Origin: Camelus ferus
Lineage: Eukaryota
Length of the DNA stretch: 64,000 bases
Assembly: GCF_009834535.1 (NCBI RefSeq)
Contig: NC_045696.1
Span: 6,450,001-6,514,000 of the forward strand
Direction of reading: 5' to 3'
Positions 51,066 to 64,000 of the stretch are shown here, one piece after another. The notes under the pieces are model-generated. The model was not told the origin of the DNA and ran no database searches. It saw only the letters and a program-made list of their open reading frames with translations. The number at the start of each line of letters is the position of its first letter. The stretch's first letter is position 1. The position numbers and the translations under genes were made by a program.

Positions 51066-52899
51066 AAGGATAAAGTTGATACAAAATGGACTTAGAAAAT
51101 TTGAATCATATTCAAAGTATTTACTTTACATATATACACATATATGTTTATATAGGAAAAAATAAATGGAATTTATAAATGAATGAATGAATGAATGAAT
51201 GAAGTGAAAGCTTCCTTCAACAACCCATTTAATCTCTAGTGACTCAGCCTTCACTCTGGTCCTCTTCACAGCGTAACTTCTTGAGGGTGTAGTCTGTACT
51301 CACTGGTACGATTTCCTAACCTTAATTTTCTACTCGACCCGCCCCGTCCATTAATTTCCCCATCAGAACTGCTGTCTCGGAATCATCAGTGACACCATGA
51401 CAGTGAACTCAGTGGAAACTTTTTTATCCTCATTTTCTTGGCTTTTGAGCAGCATTTGAGATTGTTCACCATGACCTTGGCTTCTGTGACGGAACTGGAT
51501 TTTTTCTTCTCTTGATATTCAAAAAATAAAAAAAAATAAAAATAAAGGTCCTTTTTAAGTTAATGTAAAGCTATAACTCAACCCAGGGTGTCCCACTTCA
51601 CCAGTCTGATGTCTCAGACTTGAGCAACGAGGGCCGCACATGCTCAGATGAGAAGGAAGCTTACTCTTCCCCCGGCTCCTCATCTGTGTTTAGGAGGCAA
51701 ACTCAGCTCCCTGAGGCTGCAGGACCTCCCAGCCCAGCTGCTGCGGCTCAGAGGGAGTGCCGCTGCTCTTCCAATGTGGCCCCGAGATCTGACATTACTG
51801 TCCAGGTCTAGGGGGCTCTAAAAAGGTACCCCTTCTCACTGCCGCCAATGTCCCCTGGGGCCTGGCAGGCTAACGCGACGTGTCCATGCTGACCACACTC
51901 TCCAGCTGTCTCCTGTGGCTGCTGAAGCACTGCCAGTCTGAGATGGTGTGACTCGACTGAGGCCTTGCCCTGTCTCTTGGTGTAGGTCCCACCATGGGCC
52001 CAGCCAGGGGTGGGCCACACCGGAACTGGACTAGGCCCCAACACGACACCTTTCCAGGCACTCTCACAAACCCCTTTCCTCAGGGTGCAAGCCGGCCCCC
52101 AGCACGGCCGGGATGGACACTTCTGCCACCAGCAACCTAGCAGGTCGAGAATTCCCACCACTGTCCAGTCCCACCGCCTTCTCTTCCACGGTGAATGCTA
52201 TCTCATCCAGCAAACTAAAGAGAATATTCAGCAAGGTGCCTATTGCACGCGGCATGCTTTCCTAGGCACTGTGGGGACGGGAGAAAAGAAGAAAACCCCA
52301 GCCCTCAACCGAGCCACAATTTCCGGTGTTATTGCCATTTCTTGCCTTTTGGGCTTAAATCAAGACCAGCTTCACCAGCCCATTATGTATTATGCAAAGT
52401 GCAGTGTTTCTCTTTCTCTTCTGTCTTTCCTATTCTGTTTTATTTTATCATATTCTTCTATGCAAACTCCCAGTCTGTACCAGCAGTCAGCGGGCTGTAC
52501 CACACTGGGCACCCTGGGAGGTTGGCAGGCGGTGGCCACATCAGAAGAGGGCTGCAACTCCACATTCCTACACAACCAGGGCCCCCGTTACAAGAGAATT
52601 TATTTTTTCTGCATCACGTCGAATGTAGCTTATAATTTACAGCAATAAATGACCAGGAAGGCTTTCATGGCCACCTCGACATCTCAGTACGCAGCTTCAT
52701 GGCAGGGGGATGGTCCACTTATTTTGAATAGAAAGGGTTGAGTTCCCTTCATTGACTCGTGAGACCAGGGAACACAGTAAGAAAGGAGTAGTTCCATGAT
52801 TACCCTCTGCTCGCTGACTTGTGGCAGCTCCCTGAAGGCCCTCCTCCTGACCTGACGTGCAGCCCCCATTCCATCCCCCTCGGCTGCCTGCAAACCTGA

Positions 52900-53433
52900 C
52901 CTAGGGTGATGGTGTGTGTGTGCTCTATGTCCACAGGTTCTTTGACCTTCTCTTGAAAAGGTAGAGCCTACTTGTCTCCTCTTGAGTATGGACTGGATTT
53001 AGTGACATTGCTAATGGACAGGGAAAAAAAGCCGAAGTGACAGAGCTGCAACATCAGAGGCTAAGCAAGAGAAGGCATGGTGGATTCCTGTCTGCTTTCT
53101 CTCTTGGATTGCTCTCTCTGGAAGATGCTAGCTTCCATGTCATGAGAATGACTGTGGAGAGGCCCATGTGGTGAAGACTGAAAACTCCAGCCATGAATCA
53201 GTGAAGAATTGAGTCCTCCCATCAACGATGCTTCCTCCACCCCTGATCAAGCCTTCAGATGACTGCAGTTCCTGCCAGCACCTTGACTGAACGTCACGGA
53301 GACTCTGAGTCAGAATCATCTGACTAAGCCACCCCCGCATTCCTGACCATCAAAAACTTGAGATAAGAAATGTTTATTATAAACCACCATCTTTCAAGGT
53401 AAGTTGTTATGCAGCAATAAGATAACTAATACA
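52900..53433 (+). mobile_element. MLT1F/E-like MaLR LTR
   Basis: gagaggcccatgtggtgaag...tcaagccttcagatgactgcag...gttgttatgcagcaataagataactaataca. Confidence 0.7.
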
Positions 53434-56400
53434 AGGTTCCATTACATTCTCAAAAACGTCTAAGAATCTAGCCTAAAATCACTAGTTTTATTATTGTCAG
53501 GGCATCATAATGACACATTTTAAATTAGCAACTCAAAGTTTACAGCTTGTGTCAGTCAGGCTGGTTACCACCAGCTGCTATAACAAACAAGCGCCCCTCC
53601 CCCCACAAATCCCAGGGGCTTAGCAGGCAGAGGTTTAGTTCTTCTTTGCAAGAAGTCCAATGTAGCTAAGCTATCTGGACAGACTGTAGTCCAAGATCAC
53701 CAAGGGAAGGAAAATATGGAATGAGATTTTACTGGCTTAATCAGAAAGGGACACACATCATTCATGGTCATACTCTGTTGGCCAGAACCAATCGCAAGTC
53801 CCCAGCCTAGCTATGAAGGAGCCAGAAACGTCGGGAGTCCAAGGAACATTGATGACTGCTATTGTCACTGCCACGTGGCCTTCTGAGTCTTCTATTTTCA
53901 AAGCCAGAATAAATGTAGTTTTAAAGAGATATGTAATCTACGTTTGCTCTTCGTATACCAGCCTGGGGATTAAAATGGGGGCTACGTTAATCACAATAGA
54001 CCTTCTTCTGTTATTGCCCCCTGCATAAAGTCCCTGCCACAAATTGTTTTTTGGGAATCCCCGGGTATGTGTCCCAGGCACCTGAGACAAACTTTGTCAG
54101 GTACTCAAGGAGCCCACCATTTCCTTCTTTTCTCCAGCTGGGCAGCGTCCATTACTCTACTAACTGTCCCTGCCACTATGAACAGAAGGGGGTCCATGAG
54201 GGTCTGAGGAGTACCATGCATCAAGCACAATGCAAATGGGTTGCTCCGTGAGAGGGGAGACAACTGCCTCTCTCCCCTTTGTGTCTTCCTTTGTCCCCTG
54301 GAACCTGAAGATGACCTGTAAGGGAAAACAGCTCCTTAGAACTCACACATGACGCTGTGGTCTGAGCCACACCTCTGAAACAAAGATGGCGCTGGGCATT
54401 CCTCCTGCCCCACCTGTGTCCACTTCCTGTGGCACATTTCTTCCCCCTTCTCTGGTCATCCATCCACTCCTAAGCATTCCATACCAACTCCTTTACCACA
54501 TGTCTTAAAAGAAGAGACACGTGGAGAGTGCTGGCGATCCGTGGTGGTGGGGAGGCTTGGGTGCTGACTCTGCTCCACTCTGCAATGGCTATTAGGCACG
54601 TTGCCTGAATGTAAGAGATGAGACAATCTGGAGCTATTTTACACTATGTTGTATTTTCCAGACTTCCCCGAGCATATACCTATTGAATTTACCCAGCTTT
54701 TCCTCACTTTCCGAGAGATTTTCAAATACATTCCTTTAGCACACCTAACATACATGTAATTCTGGGCCCTCGGTCCCTGAAAGCGTAAACGTTCACCCAG
54801 ACCCACATTTTCTGGCACACTAGTTTCCCAACCTTCTGCACTGTTTCCTCTCCCTACATAAACAAGTTTGAAAAAAGGCATAAAATATTTCTCAGACTTC
54901 CAGGAAATTGTATTAAACATCTTGATAGGTAAAGTGCGAAAGAAGTTGAAATATGCAGATCAAATTCCCTTTCAGACCTTGAAGGCTTTTACACAAAGCA
55001 GGGGAAACGTGCTTAGCAGAACCATGCTCTTGGAATTTCTGAACGAAAAGCACTTGAAAAAAAATATCATTGGAGACGTTCAGCAATTCCAAACTGTGGC
55101 TGGACTCACCCATCCCTAATTTCAAGGGAAATTAAATCCATGTGTTTCTCATTCATTTACACTCAGCTCACCAAACTACCATTCGGTAAGAGGGATGAGT
55201 TGACTGGGGAAGCTGCCCAGGCTGGTTCTAAGCCGTGTTGTCGTCAACTGGCAAGTGGGCTCGGCCAAGGGCCGTCAGCTTCTCTAGTGGTTAGTCTTCC
55301 ATCAGGAAGCCACAAAGTCCTAATGGACTCGAAACTCGCTGAGATAGACTCGTAGACGTGGGAGGGCTTGGAGAGGTCAGCGGTCCAGTTCCCTGCCTCA
55401 GGCGGATCTACGTTCAGAGCACTTCTTACTCCAGCTTAACTCTGTCTTCTTTGCTAAACTCTTCTTCTCACCAAGAACCTTCCCCTTCAGCAAATTCCTC
55501 CTTCTTGCTGCCCTGAAAGATTCATATACTGCGCTGGGCACTGTCAAAGCATCACTTAGATTTCCTTGGACACCTTTTGCCAGCCTTCTGTCCCCAGCCC
55601 CCACCTTGTGCCAGCTGCTGCCAGAAGTTCACCCAGGGGTCCTGAAGCTTTCTCACCCTCAGCTCAGGAGAGGAATCATGGATTGTAAAGAACAATTATG
55701 TTGCTTAAAATGGGTATTTTTGATGATCAATCTGGTGTGGATACAGAACCACACCACAGAAGCGTGTGGAAGTGGAAGAGGTTTATTACAATCACAGGTC
55801 CTGAAGGAGGAGGCACAGCTGGGCGTACAGGGGCCACAGGCGCAGAGCATCCAGGGAGTGGGCTCAGCCAGGCAGGTGGGGAAGAGTGAGGACCCAAGAG
55901 CCAATGCCTCCCTAGGGCTCAGGTGGAGCACGCAAGCCAAAGACAGGAGGGGGTTTCACTGGTGTGTCTGAACGTCACAGTCAGGGGAGGGCAAGCAGTG
56001 AAGCCTTGTCACGTGCACCTGGTCACCTGGCTGGGGTGCTCACAGCCTGTTTGTGGGGATGATGAGGCAACTGGAAAATAGGGAGTTTTGAAAATGCAGA
56101 ATTCCAATCAAAGACTGCTTGGAGGATGGATAATGAGCCCAGGTTCTTAGCTGCTTCCCTGGAGATTGGCTGGATGGAAGTGATTGACAGGCCTATAGGA
56201 GGGAACTCCAGAGTCATCCGTGCTTACAATTACATCTCAGTGAGTATCCTCCAGTTGCAGGGGTGGGTATCTTAAGAACACTCCATTTCCGGTAGCCAGA
56301 GATTGAAACGGCAGCCCAAGTCCCCAGAAGCTCACAGCCCGGATCTCTCATAGTGTGGGCTCTCTGATGCGAGAAGACACAGGGCAAAGCGTGGATTCTG

Positions 56401-56739
56401 GTTCTGCTCAAACATGACGCTGCCACTGGGAGGATGGAGGAGGGTGGTAGGGAATGCCAGTTGGCCTTCTTGGCAAAAAGCTCAAGGAGCAGACACTGCT
56501 CGGATGCTGGGTCAATTGGCAAAGGATAACAGGCTTTTAGGGAAGCATACAAAGAGCCGGCCTGTCTCGTGGACAAAGCCCGATCCGTGGCAAGAGCTCA
56601 ATAAATATTTGATGTTGAAACAATAAAGCCCTCCGTAAGGAACAGCAAAGCGGGGAAGATTCTTGGATGTGGACCAGAGATTCTGATGTCTGGGTCGGAA
56701 CCTGCCGTGTCTGGAGCACGATAATTTCTCTGAAGAGAA

Positions 56740-56990
56740 ACCATAGAGCACAGGGTTAAGTGCGAGATGCAGGGGGTTTGAATCTGCCACATCTGGGTGT
56801 CAGCTCTGACCTTGGGCAAGTCCCTTAAACTTTCTGTGCTTTGGCTTTTGACATTTGTTATTATGGGATAACAGTAGTTCCTGCCTCTGTGCTGAGGATT
56901 AAATGAGTAAATTCACGTGCAGCCATGAGAACAGCATCGAACACTTAGTGCGACTTAGTAAATGCCAGATGTGATCGTTACTGTTGTTAG
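56740..56990 (+). mobile_element. MIR SINE
   Basis: gggtttgaatc...ctgaccttgggcaagtcccttaaactttctgtgc...gaggattaaatgag core. Confidence 0.65.
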
Positions 56991-57177
56991 CAGTCTCGCA
57001 GACTGGTGGCACCGGGGAGGAAGTTGTGGGACATGACACAGCCCTGTAGGGATGAGAGACGTGGTGCTGACCACACTCGGAAAGAGGATTTATGATACGC
57101 TCTTTAATTATATCTTACCTAGATTGTAGCTCGGTCTCCGGCTCCTTTAAGTGTTGGCACTCAGACCAGCAGCTTGG

Positions 57178-57494
57178 AGGGGGAGGGTACAGCTCAGTGG
57201 TAGAGCGTGTGCTTAGCATGCACAAGATCCTGGGTTCAGTCCCCAGTCCCTCCACCAAAAAGTAAAATAAAATAAAATTAATTTAAAAATACATAAGTAT
57301 GTGGGGAGGGTATTGTTTAAGTGGCAGAGCGCATGCTTAGCATGCATGAGGTCCTGGGTTCAATCCCCAGTGCCTCCTCTAAAAATAAATAAAGAAATAA
57401 ACCCAATTATTTCCCCCCCCAACAACAACAACAACAAAAATACGTAAATAAACCCAATTACTCCCTCCTGCCGAAAACAAAACAAAAACAAAAA
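57178..57494 (+). mobile_element. Two nested Vic-1-like SINEs (inner copy ~57301-57435) inserted into a MER5-like element
   Basis: Two A/B-box heads (57181 and 57303). Outer TSD cagaccagcagcttgg/cagacccacaacttgg; inner TSD aaaaatacataagta/aaaaatacgtaaata. Confidence 0.85.
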
Positions 57495-57699
57495 CAGACC
57501 CACAACTTGGGTATCACCTGGGAGCTTTAGTTACAAATGCGGAATCTCGGGACCCAGCCCAGAGCTAATGAATCAGAATCTTCATTTTTAACTAGCTCCC
57601 TGGTGGTTAGCAAGTATATCAATTTTTAATCTAATTTATTATGTATGTGAAAATTAAGATATAATAACTGCATGGGTTTAAATTGCCCTGATTGATGTG

Positions 57700-57850
57700 T
57701 GTGTGTGTGCAGCTTATGGAGGTGTAATGATATACAATAAGTTGTGTGCGTTTTAATGCATATACCTTGGTGGGTTTGGTCATTGCTGTCGCTGCAACCA
57801 AAGTACTAAACTTATCCATTGCTTCCAAAAATGTCCTTATGTTTTACTGT

Positions 57851-57892
<42 letters not shown>

Positions 57893-59650
57893 GACCACCT
57901 GGCATTAGATCTAGCCTCTTATTTTAAAGTGCAGAACACTGTATTGTCAACTATAGCTCCTGCCACACAGCAGATCTCTGGAACTTAGCTTTGAGTGATG
58001 TATAGACCTATGAACCATCACCACAATAAAAATTAAGAACACCTCCATCACCCCAGGAGATTTCCTCACGCCTTTTTGCAGTCCATTTCCCTGTCCACCC
58101 CCGACCCCAGGCAACTACTGATTAGTTTTCTGTTACTGTAGATTATTTGGAAAATTTTAGAATTTTATATGGACGGAATCATATGGTATGTACTCTTTTT
58201 GTCTGGCTTCTTTTGCTGGGAATAATGTTGTAAGATTCATCTATATTGCTGTCTTCATCAGAAGACCATTAGTTTTTATTTATTCCATTGGATGGATAGA
58301 TCACATTTTGTTATCCATTCACCTATGGATGAACATTTAGGCTATTTTTCTAGCTGTTATCAATCAAGCTTCCATATTCAATGATGTGTAAGTCTTCGAG
58401 TGGCTGTATGTTTTCATTTCACCTGGGTAATGCCTAAGGATGGAACTGCTGGGTCTCTGCTCACCTATACGGTAGATATGTGACATTATCTCACAGGTCC
58501 CTGGGGCTTATTCACTTTTTTAAAGTCTTTTTTTTTTTTCTCTCTCTCTTCTTTAGTTTGAATAATTCTACTGATATGCATTCAAGTTCACCTCCCCTTT
58601 CCTTTTCATTTCCATTTGCTATTCAACCCCTCTAGTAAGTTTTTTATTTCAGATATTTTATCTTTTCAGTTCCAGAATTTCAACTTGGTCCTTATTTATA
58701 CATTTGGTATCTCTGCTTTCCTAATTTTTTTCCCAGTTCATTTCCACTGTATTTTCTCTCCCTCACTGAGCATAGCCTGAACAATTGTCATCTTAAGGTT
58801 GACCTCTGTTAATTATCTTCTCTCTTGAGAGGAGGTCACATTTTCCTGGTTCTTCATATGTCACTTCATTTTGGATCGTATCCTAAACATTGTCAAAGTC
58901 ATGTTCTAGATAATCTGAATTCTGTCCTCCTCTTACTAAGTGTGCTAATGTTTTCTTTTAGCAAGCCATCGGCTTGGTGAGGGCCAAACTTCAAACTTAA
59001 TCTCACGTGTGGTTGTGCAGTAGCTGTGTTCTGAGTTTGGACTTTGCAGTCTGCCCCATGTGTGTATCCTCCAGGGGTCACCCACAGACTTTTTAGAGTT
59101 TGTGTGCAGCATTCAGGGGTTACCATTCCATGCTCTTGCCTCCCCACTGCCCTCCAGTAGCCCTGGCTGCCCTGGGCACCTTCCCTTGTCTCCTGAGCCA
59201 GAAAACTGATGACTTTCCATTGGAGTCTTAGTTGCCCTATGGCACTGTCACAAATGCAGTTGTCCTTAGAGCAAGGCTGAAAAGATGGGAAGGTCCTCCA
59301 TGCGTGTTGCTTCCTATGAGTTTCAACTCCTCAGAAGTTCACTGGCTTCTGTTCACTCTATTGTAGAGCCCTTGGGTAGTTGATTGTATGAATTTTTTCC
59401 AGTATATACAGCTGCTATCTGCGGGAGGGTAAGTTTGTTACCAGAAACAGAACCATTATTTGTGAATTTTCAGTTTCACTGATTTCTATTATGTTTTTAG
59501 TATTTCCTTCCTTTGATTTATTTTGGATTCAATTTACTTTTTTTTTTAACTTCTTGAAGCTGAAGCTTAAATCATTAACTTTAGACCTTTCTTCTTCTCT
59601 AATAAAATAAACTCCTGAAACTATGCATTTTCCTTTGCGCACTCTTACTA
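57700..59650 (-). mobile_element. Old L1M 3'-end fragments (composite), including (TG)n at ~57850-57890
   Basis: cagatctctggaactta, ccccaggcaactactgattagttttctg, ttatccattcacctatggatgaacatttagg motifs. Confidence 0.65.
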
Positions 59651-61227
59651 ATCTTACCCTTATCTGAAATTTTGATAGTTTGTCCACCATGGATTTTTTA
59701 AAAATCCAAAAATTTAAAATTTTTACTTCAAAATGTAGTCTGGATTACTTCGTTTTTTAGCATCCGTTACATTTCGCACCTGAGGCAAGTGTCTCATTAT
59801 GCTACCTTGCCCCAGCCTAGTCTCCTCAGGAGGGCCGGTGTCAAACCCCTCACCTAAGTGAGCCAGGGCCTGGGAACAGCCCAGCTGCAAGGCTTGGCTC
59901 TAGAGACGCCTCTGGGCAGATGTGGAATGTTATCCAGAGGCAGGGTGAGCCCAGGCTCCACGCCAAGGAAGCTTGCCGGGATGTTGGTATGTCATGGAGA
60001 GTGGATGGAGTGGCTCCCTTATCAGGAGAGATTATTGGCATTGCCAAGAAAACCCCTCATGCAAGGCAGCAAGAAGACCCAGCAGCGACGTCCCAGACAG
60101 GGGGAGAAGCATCGCCAAAGACCCAGAGGATGGCAAGAGGGGAAGCATTCAGGGACTCGCTAACAGCTGGGGATGTTCGAAGACAGAGCGCAAAGGGGAG
60201 GAGTGGCAAGGGAGGAGGTTGTTAGAAGCCAGATCAAGGAGCGCAATGATTCCCATGGTAGGACACTTGGCCTTTATTCTGAAGGATAAGGCTTCGAGTG
60301 AGGGAGACATAGGATCAGATTTTAATACGATCCATTTAAAATGACCCCTCCGGGTACAGTGTGATGGCGTGGAAGGGAGAAAGATGAGAGGCAGGTAGAA
60401 CCAGTGTAAAAGTTTTCCAAAAAACCAGTGGGAAATGATGATGGCCTGAGATACGGCAGGAGTGACTGAAAGAGAAGAAACTGACTTGAGAGTCATTTCC
60501 GGGGTGGTGTGGACTGGGACGGGTGAGGAATTAGATTCAGTGGTGAGGGAGCAGAAGACAGGGTGGGCCCTAGGTTTCCAGCACTGGAGGAAGAGACGAC
60601 TTTGGGGTGAAGAGCAATGTGTAGGAGCAGAAGCACTGTTCCCAGAACAACGTAGTGCTGCCTGATTCAGCAAAATGACGCAAGTGTGAGGACCCAGCAG
60701 GCACACCTCAGCCAGTGAGCTGGCGATGGCTGCCGAGCTGCTTCCACCAAGTATGTCTTTATAGCGGAGACACAAAATGCCAAAAAATGGCAGACACAGA
60801 ATTATGAAACGCATTTAAAAGTCAAGTGCTTTCACTTCTTGGGAAATCAGCAAGCTCTCTGTGACAGCAGTTGAGAGGGGAAGCCCAGTATATGATTAAC
60901 CTGTAGAGGCTACCACTGGCCTCTGACTCTTCGAAAACCAGGGTTATAAAGTCTTCCTGTGTTCAAAAAGGTGGTGAGAACCTCCAAGGAAGAGAATACT
61001 TTGTTCTCTGCACTGAGAACTGAAACCCTCTTGGGGGTTCTCAGATAGCCCACTGGCACGGCTCCCACAATGGAGCATCTGCTGGAGGTTTGCTCTGTCT
61101 GTTGCTTCTGCAGAACTGGGAGGCCCAGAACAGTCGCCATCACTCAGTGGAGCCTCTTATCCTTTCCAAGAACAGGAGGAGGGATGAGTGTTGAGAAGCT
61201 GGTGATGAACTGGAAAGGGAAGAAGAG

Positions 61228-61660
61228 TTGCAGGTTGAATTGGGCCCCCTCAAAAGGATACATGGAAGTCCTAACTCCCAGCACCTCGGAGTGTCACATT
61301 TAGGAATCAGGTCTTTACAACGGTAAGCAAGCTGAGCTCATTAAGTGGTCCCTAGTGTAATCTAACTTCTGTTTTTGTAAATACAAAGGGGAAATTTGAA
61401 CACAGAAACAGACCCACAGAGAGGACAGATAATGTGAAGACACAGGGAGAAGTCCATGCGAAGAGGGAGGCAGAGATTGGAAACAGGCCACCACAAGCCA
61501 AGGGATGTCTGCAGCCACCATGAAGCTGGAGGAGGCCAGGGAGGAGCCTATCCCACAGGTTCAGAGGGAGCACGGCCCTGCCAATGCTGATTTTGGACTT
61601 CTTACTTCCAGAACTGTGAGGCAAGAAGTTTGTGGTAATTCATGACAGCAGGCCTAGGGA
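61228..61660 (+). mobile_element. MLT1B/C-like MaLR LTR
   Basis: ggttgaattgggccccctcaaaaggatac...ggcagagattgga...cacaagccaagggatg...ttccagaactgtgag. Confidence 0.75.
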
Positions 61661-63525
61661 AAGAAAACAAGTGTCATGGCTCTCTCAGGAATCTGCTTTT
61701 ATCTCTTAATATAATAAATTTTGCCAAATCAATATTAATATGGAGACCACAACACTCTAAGGACCCGGCTTGGTGATCGAGTGACTGTTAATGCGTCTAA
61801 TTTGGCTGGGTAAGTATTAAGGGAGGCAACAGACCACTTAACCCAACGGTGAACCACACGCATCCTGCTGTGAGGATGCACCCCAGCCTCCTGGCCTCCA
61901 ACCTCTGCCTTGGACGGCACTGAGGCCTGAGCTGTGGTCTCCAGCTTGGATTCCCACGCTGGGGGAAATGAAGGTGCTCTGGGCCATTGGCCCCTCACCC
62001 GGGCTGCTTGGCCCAGGGCTCGCTCTCCTTGAACCCCTCTTCTGGTGAGGAAGCCCTACTATACTACCCGTTCTGTGCCTGTCGTGGCCAGCCTCTGGCC
62101 TGAGTTCCAGCCTGAGTTTTTCACCCCAGAAATAAGCCTCTGCCTGTTTCCCTTCTTCACTGACTTCTGCTAGGAACAGAGTCCTGCTTCTGATTTGGCT
62201 GCCTTCGGTTCGGATCCTGAGACATCACTCCCTTGATGTCCACTCTTTGTTATGGACACTCGCCACCTCTCTCTCATTCACCCTTCCCTTCACCCGCCTG
62301 CCCAGGGAGCAGGGAGAGTTGCAGTCTAGTCTTCCTGAGCATCAGGGCCCATCCGTCAGCACCTCCCTCTACAATCAGCTTCCAAGGACTCCCTCGTGGG
62401 CTTGGCCTGTGTTTCTGCCTTTTCTGGGTGTCTGGGTCCTGATCCCGCCTGCTGAGCCCTGGTCATCAGTTACAGCAGTGACCGTGTGTGACTGGGGCCA
62501 CTCACTTGTCCCCGTCAGACCCAGGCCCCCTACACTCAGGATCCAATTCCAGGGATCTCTGCTGGGTCTGTAGTGTTTGCTTATCTCTACAAAGCCCTCT
62601 TTGTCTCTCAGCTCCATCAACCAAGACTTTAAAATGATTGCTTACCTTACAGTTACTCGGGAGAGCCCAGTATAAATGCCCCTTGCAAATCAGGTCTTCG
62701 GAGCTCAGCAAAACAGTCAGTTGGAAACTCAGGACTCTGTATCGGCAGCACAGTGGTACATTCCCTTACTATTTGTGCTGTCGCTCACCAGTTATTCATT
62801 CAGCGCCCTGGGGTCAGGTCTGTGGCAACATAGCCGCCCCACCATGGTTTGTTTTCACTTGACAAAAACATGTGAGGACCGAGCAATGGCTGCTTTGTTC
62901 CAAGAACATCAGCCACTAAATCCGTGAGGCTCCTTTAGAGGCTCCTGTGCAGTGAGCGGTCCCTCCGGAAGTCAGGCGAGAACTCCGGGAAGAAGACGGA
63001 CTTTCACTTTGGTCAGTCCTGGCTTTCACTCCTGGCTCTGTCACTTCCTGGCTACGTAGCTTTGGACAAGTTACTTAACTTCTCTGAGCCTCAGTTTTAT
63101 CATCAATAAAATGGAGATCCTGACAAAACCTGCCTGCTTGAAGGAGATACTTTGCAATCATAATGGCTGTGAGGAACTTTGAACTAAACTAGGTATATAC
63201 ACTTGATCAACAAGACCTTCCTCTGGGGTTTCTTAATTCTGGTCACCCCCATGTCTGCTTTTTGGCCAACTGTTTGTCCTTACTGAGATAAACAGCGGGG
63301 CTGTAGATTTTGTTTCCATCTTAGCGAGTGACATTCATACACCTCTGCTCTTTTCTTTCACTTGATTGATTCATATCATTTCTACCTTCTGGATACTTAC
63401 CCTGTGTGCTCAGCCCCTGAATAACAAACCCCTGGCAACATGTGAGGCCTTCGTGGAATTCTTCCAGGCTCCCGGCCTCATGCTTTCCCTGGTGATCCAT
63501 TCTGTCATCACTTAGCCCTGATTTT

Positions 63526-63734
63526 TTTTTCTTATTCTTTAAAAAAAATTTTTTTTAATTGAAGTATAGTTGGTTTACAACATCGTGTTAATTTCTGGTG
63601 TATAGCATCATGATTCAGCTACTCATTATAGGCTATTACAAGGTATTAAATATAGTTCCCTGTGCCATACAGTAGGACCTCATTGTTTATATTTTATGTA
63701 TAGTCGTGTATATCTGTAAATCCCAAACTCACAA
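63526..63734 (-). mobile_element. Short L1 3' end with 14-bp TSD
   Basis: ttttttaattgaagtatagttggtttacaa...atagttccctgtgccatacagtaggacc; TSD ttagccctgatttt (63512-63525) / ttagctctgatttt (63735-63748). Confidence 0.8.
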
Positions 63735-64000
63735 TTAGCTCTGATTTTGACCTATTGTACATAGAAATCAGCTCCACAGTGAGATCCCCATCCCCATGTT
63801 GTAGATTTAGGGGATGGATCATAAGGCCACAAGGGAAAGGCCTGGATTACAGGCCCTGGCTCACTGGGTCACACTGGGTGAGACATTGAACCTCAGTGAG
63901 CTGTAATAGGGTCTTCCATAAAGTATAGGAATTAGACTTGACCTACCTCCTTCATTAGGTATAAAATGGACTATCAAATATTTGAAGTTGCTTGAAGCAT

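Noticed and set aside
52010..52648. 212-aa ORF (and the 221-aa ORF at 60149-60814, 201-aa ORF at 42230-42835)
   Set aside because: No recognisable homology or exon structure. The latter two overlap L2-like decayed repeat sequence.
32060..64000. KCNJ15 coding exon expected downstream of ERG by synteny
   Set aside because: No inward-rectifier K+ channel ORF in the six-frame track; presumably beyond the window.
1..64000. CRISPR arrays or prokaryotic operon-type systems
   Set aside because: The sequence is mammalian and shows no regularly spaced repeat-spacer structure.

Overview
Mammalian genomic DNA, most likely a camelid (camel/alpaca/llama), judged from Vic-1-type tRNA-derived SINEs. The window opens in the last intron of the ETS transcription factor gene ERG (+ strand). 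It contains ERG's terminal coding exon (3692-4212; ETS domain plus C-terminal tail) and a long 3' UTR with alternative poly(A) signals and miRNA seed sites. The rest is repeat-rich intergenic DNA (MLT/ERV LTRs, L1, L2/MIR, MER5/MER20, SINEs). The standout feature is a ~13.4-kb block (18498-31906) bracketed by an ungapped 153-bp direct repeat (~93% identical). The repeat begins exactly at a TT|AAAA L1-endonuclease site, and its second copy abuts an L1 poly(A) tail. The block holds an intact, intronless, strongly diverged cTAGE5/MIA2-derived retrogene (492 aa, perfect Kozak context), a second truncated copy with a mosaic divergence pattern, and a 5'-truncated L1. This looks like an L1-associated insertion of gene-bearing genomic DNA with a very long target-site duplication. 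Candidate CTCF, ETS/FOX and STAT regulatory clusters lie further downstream. Repeat family names are from recalled consensus features, not from a database search.
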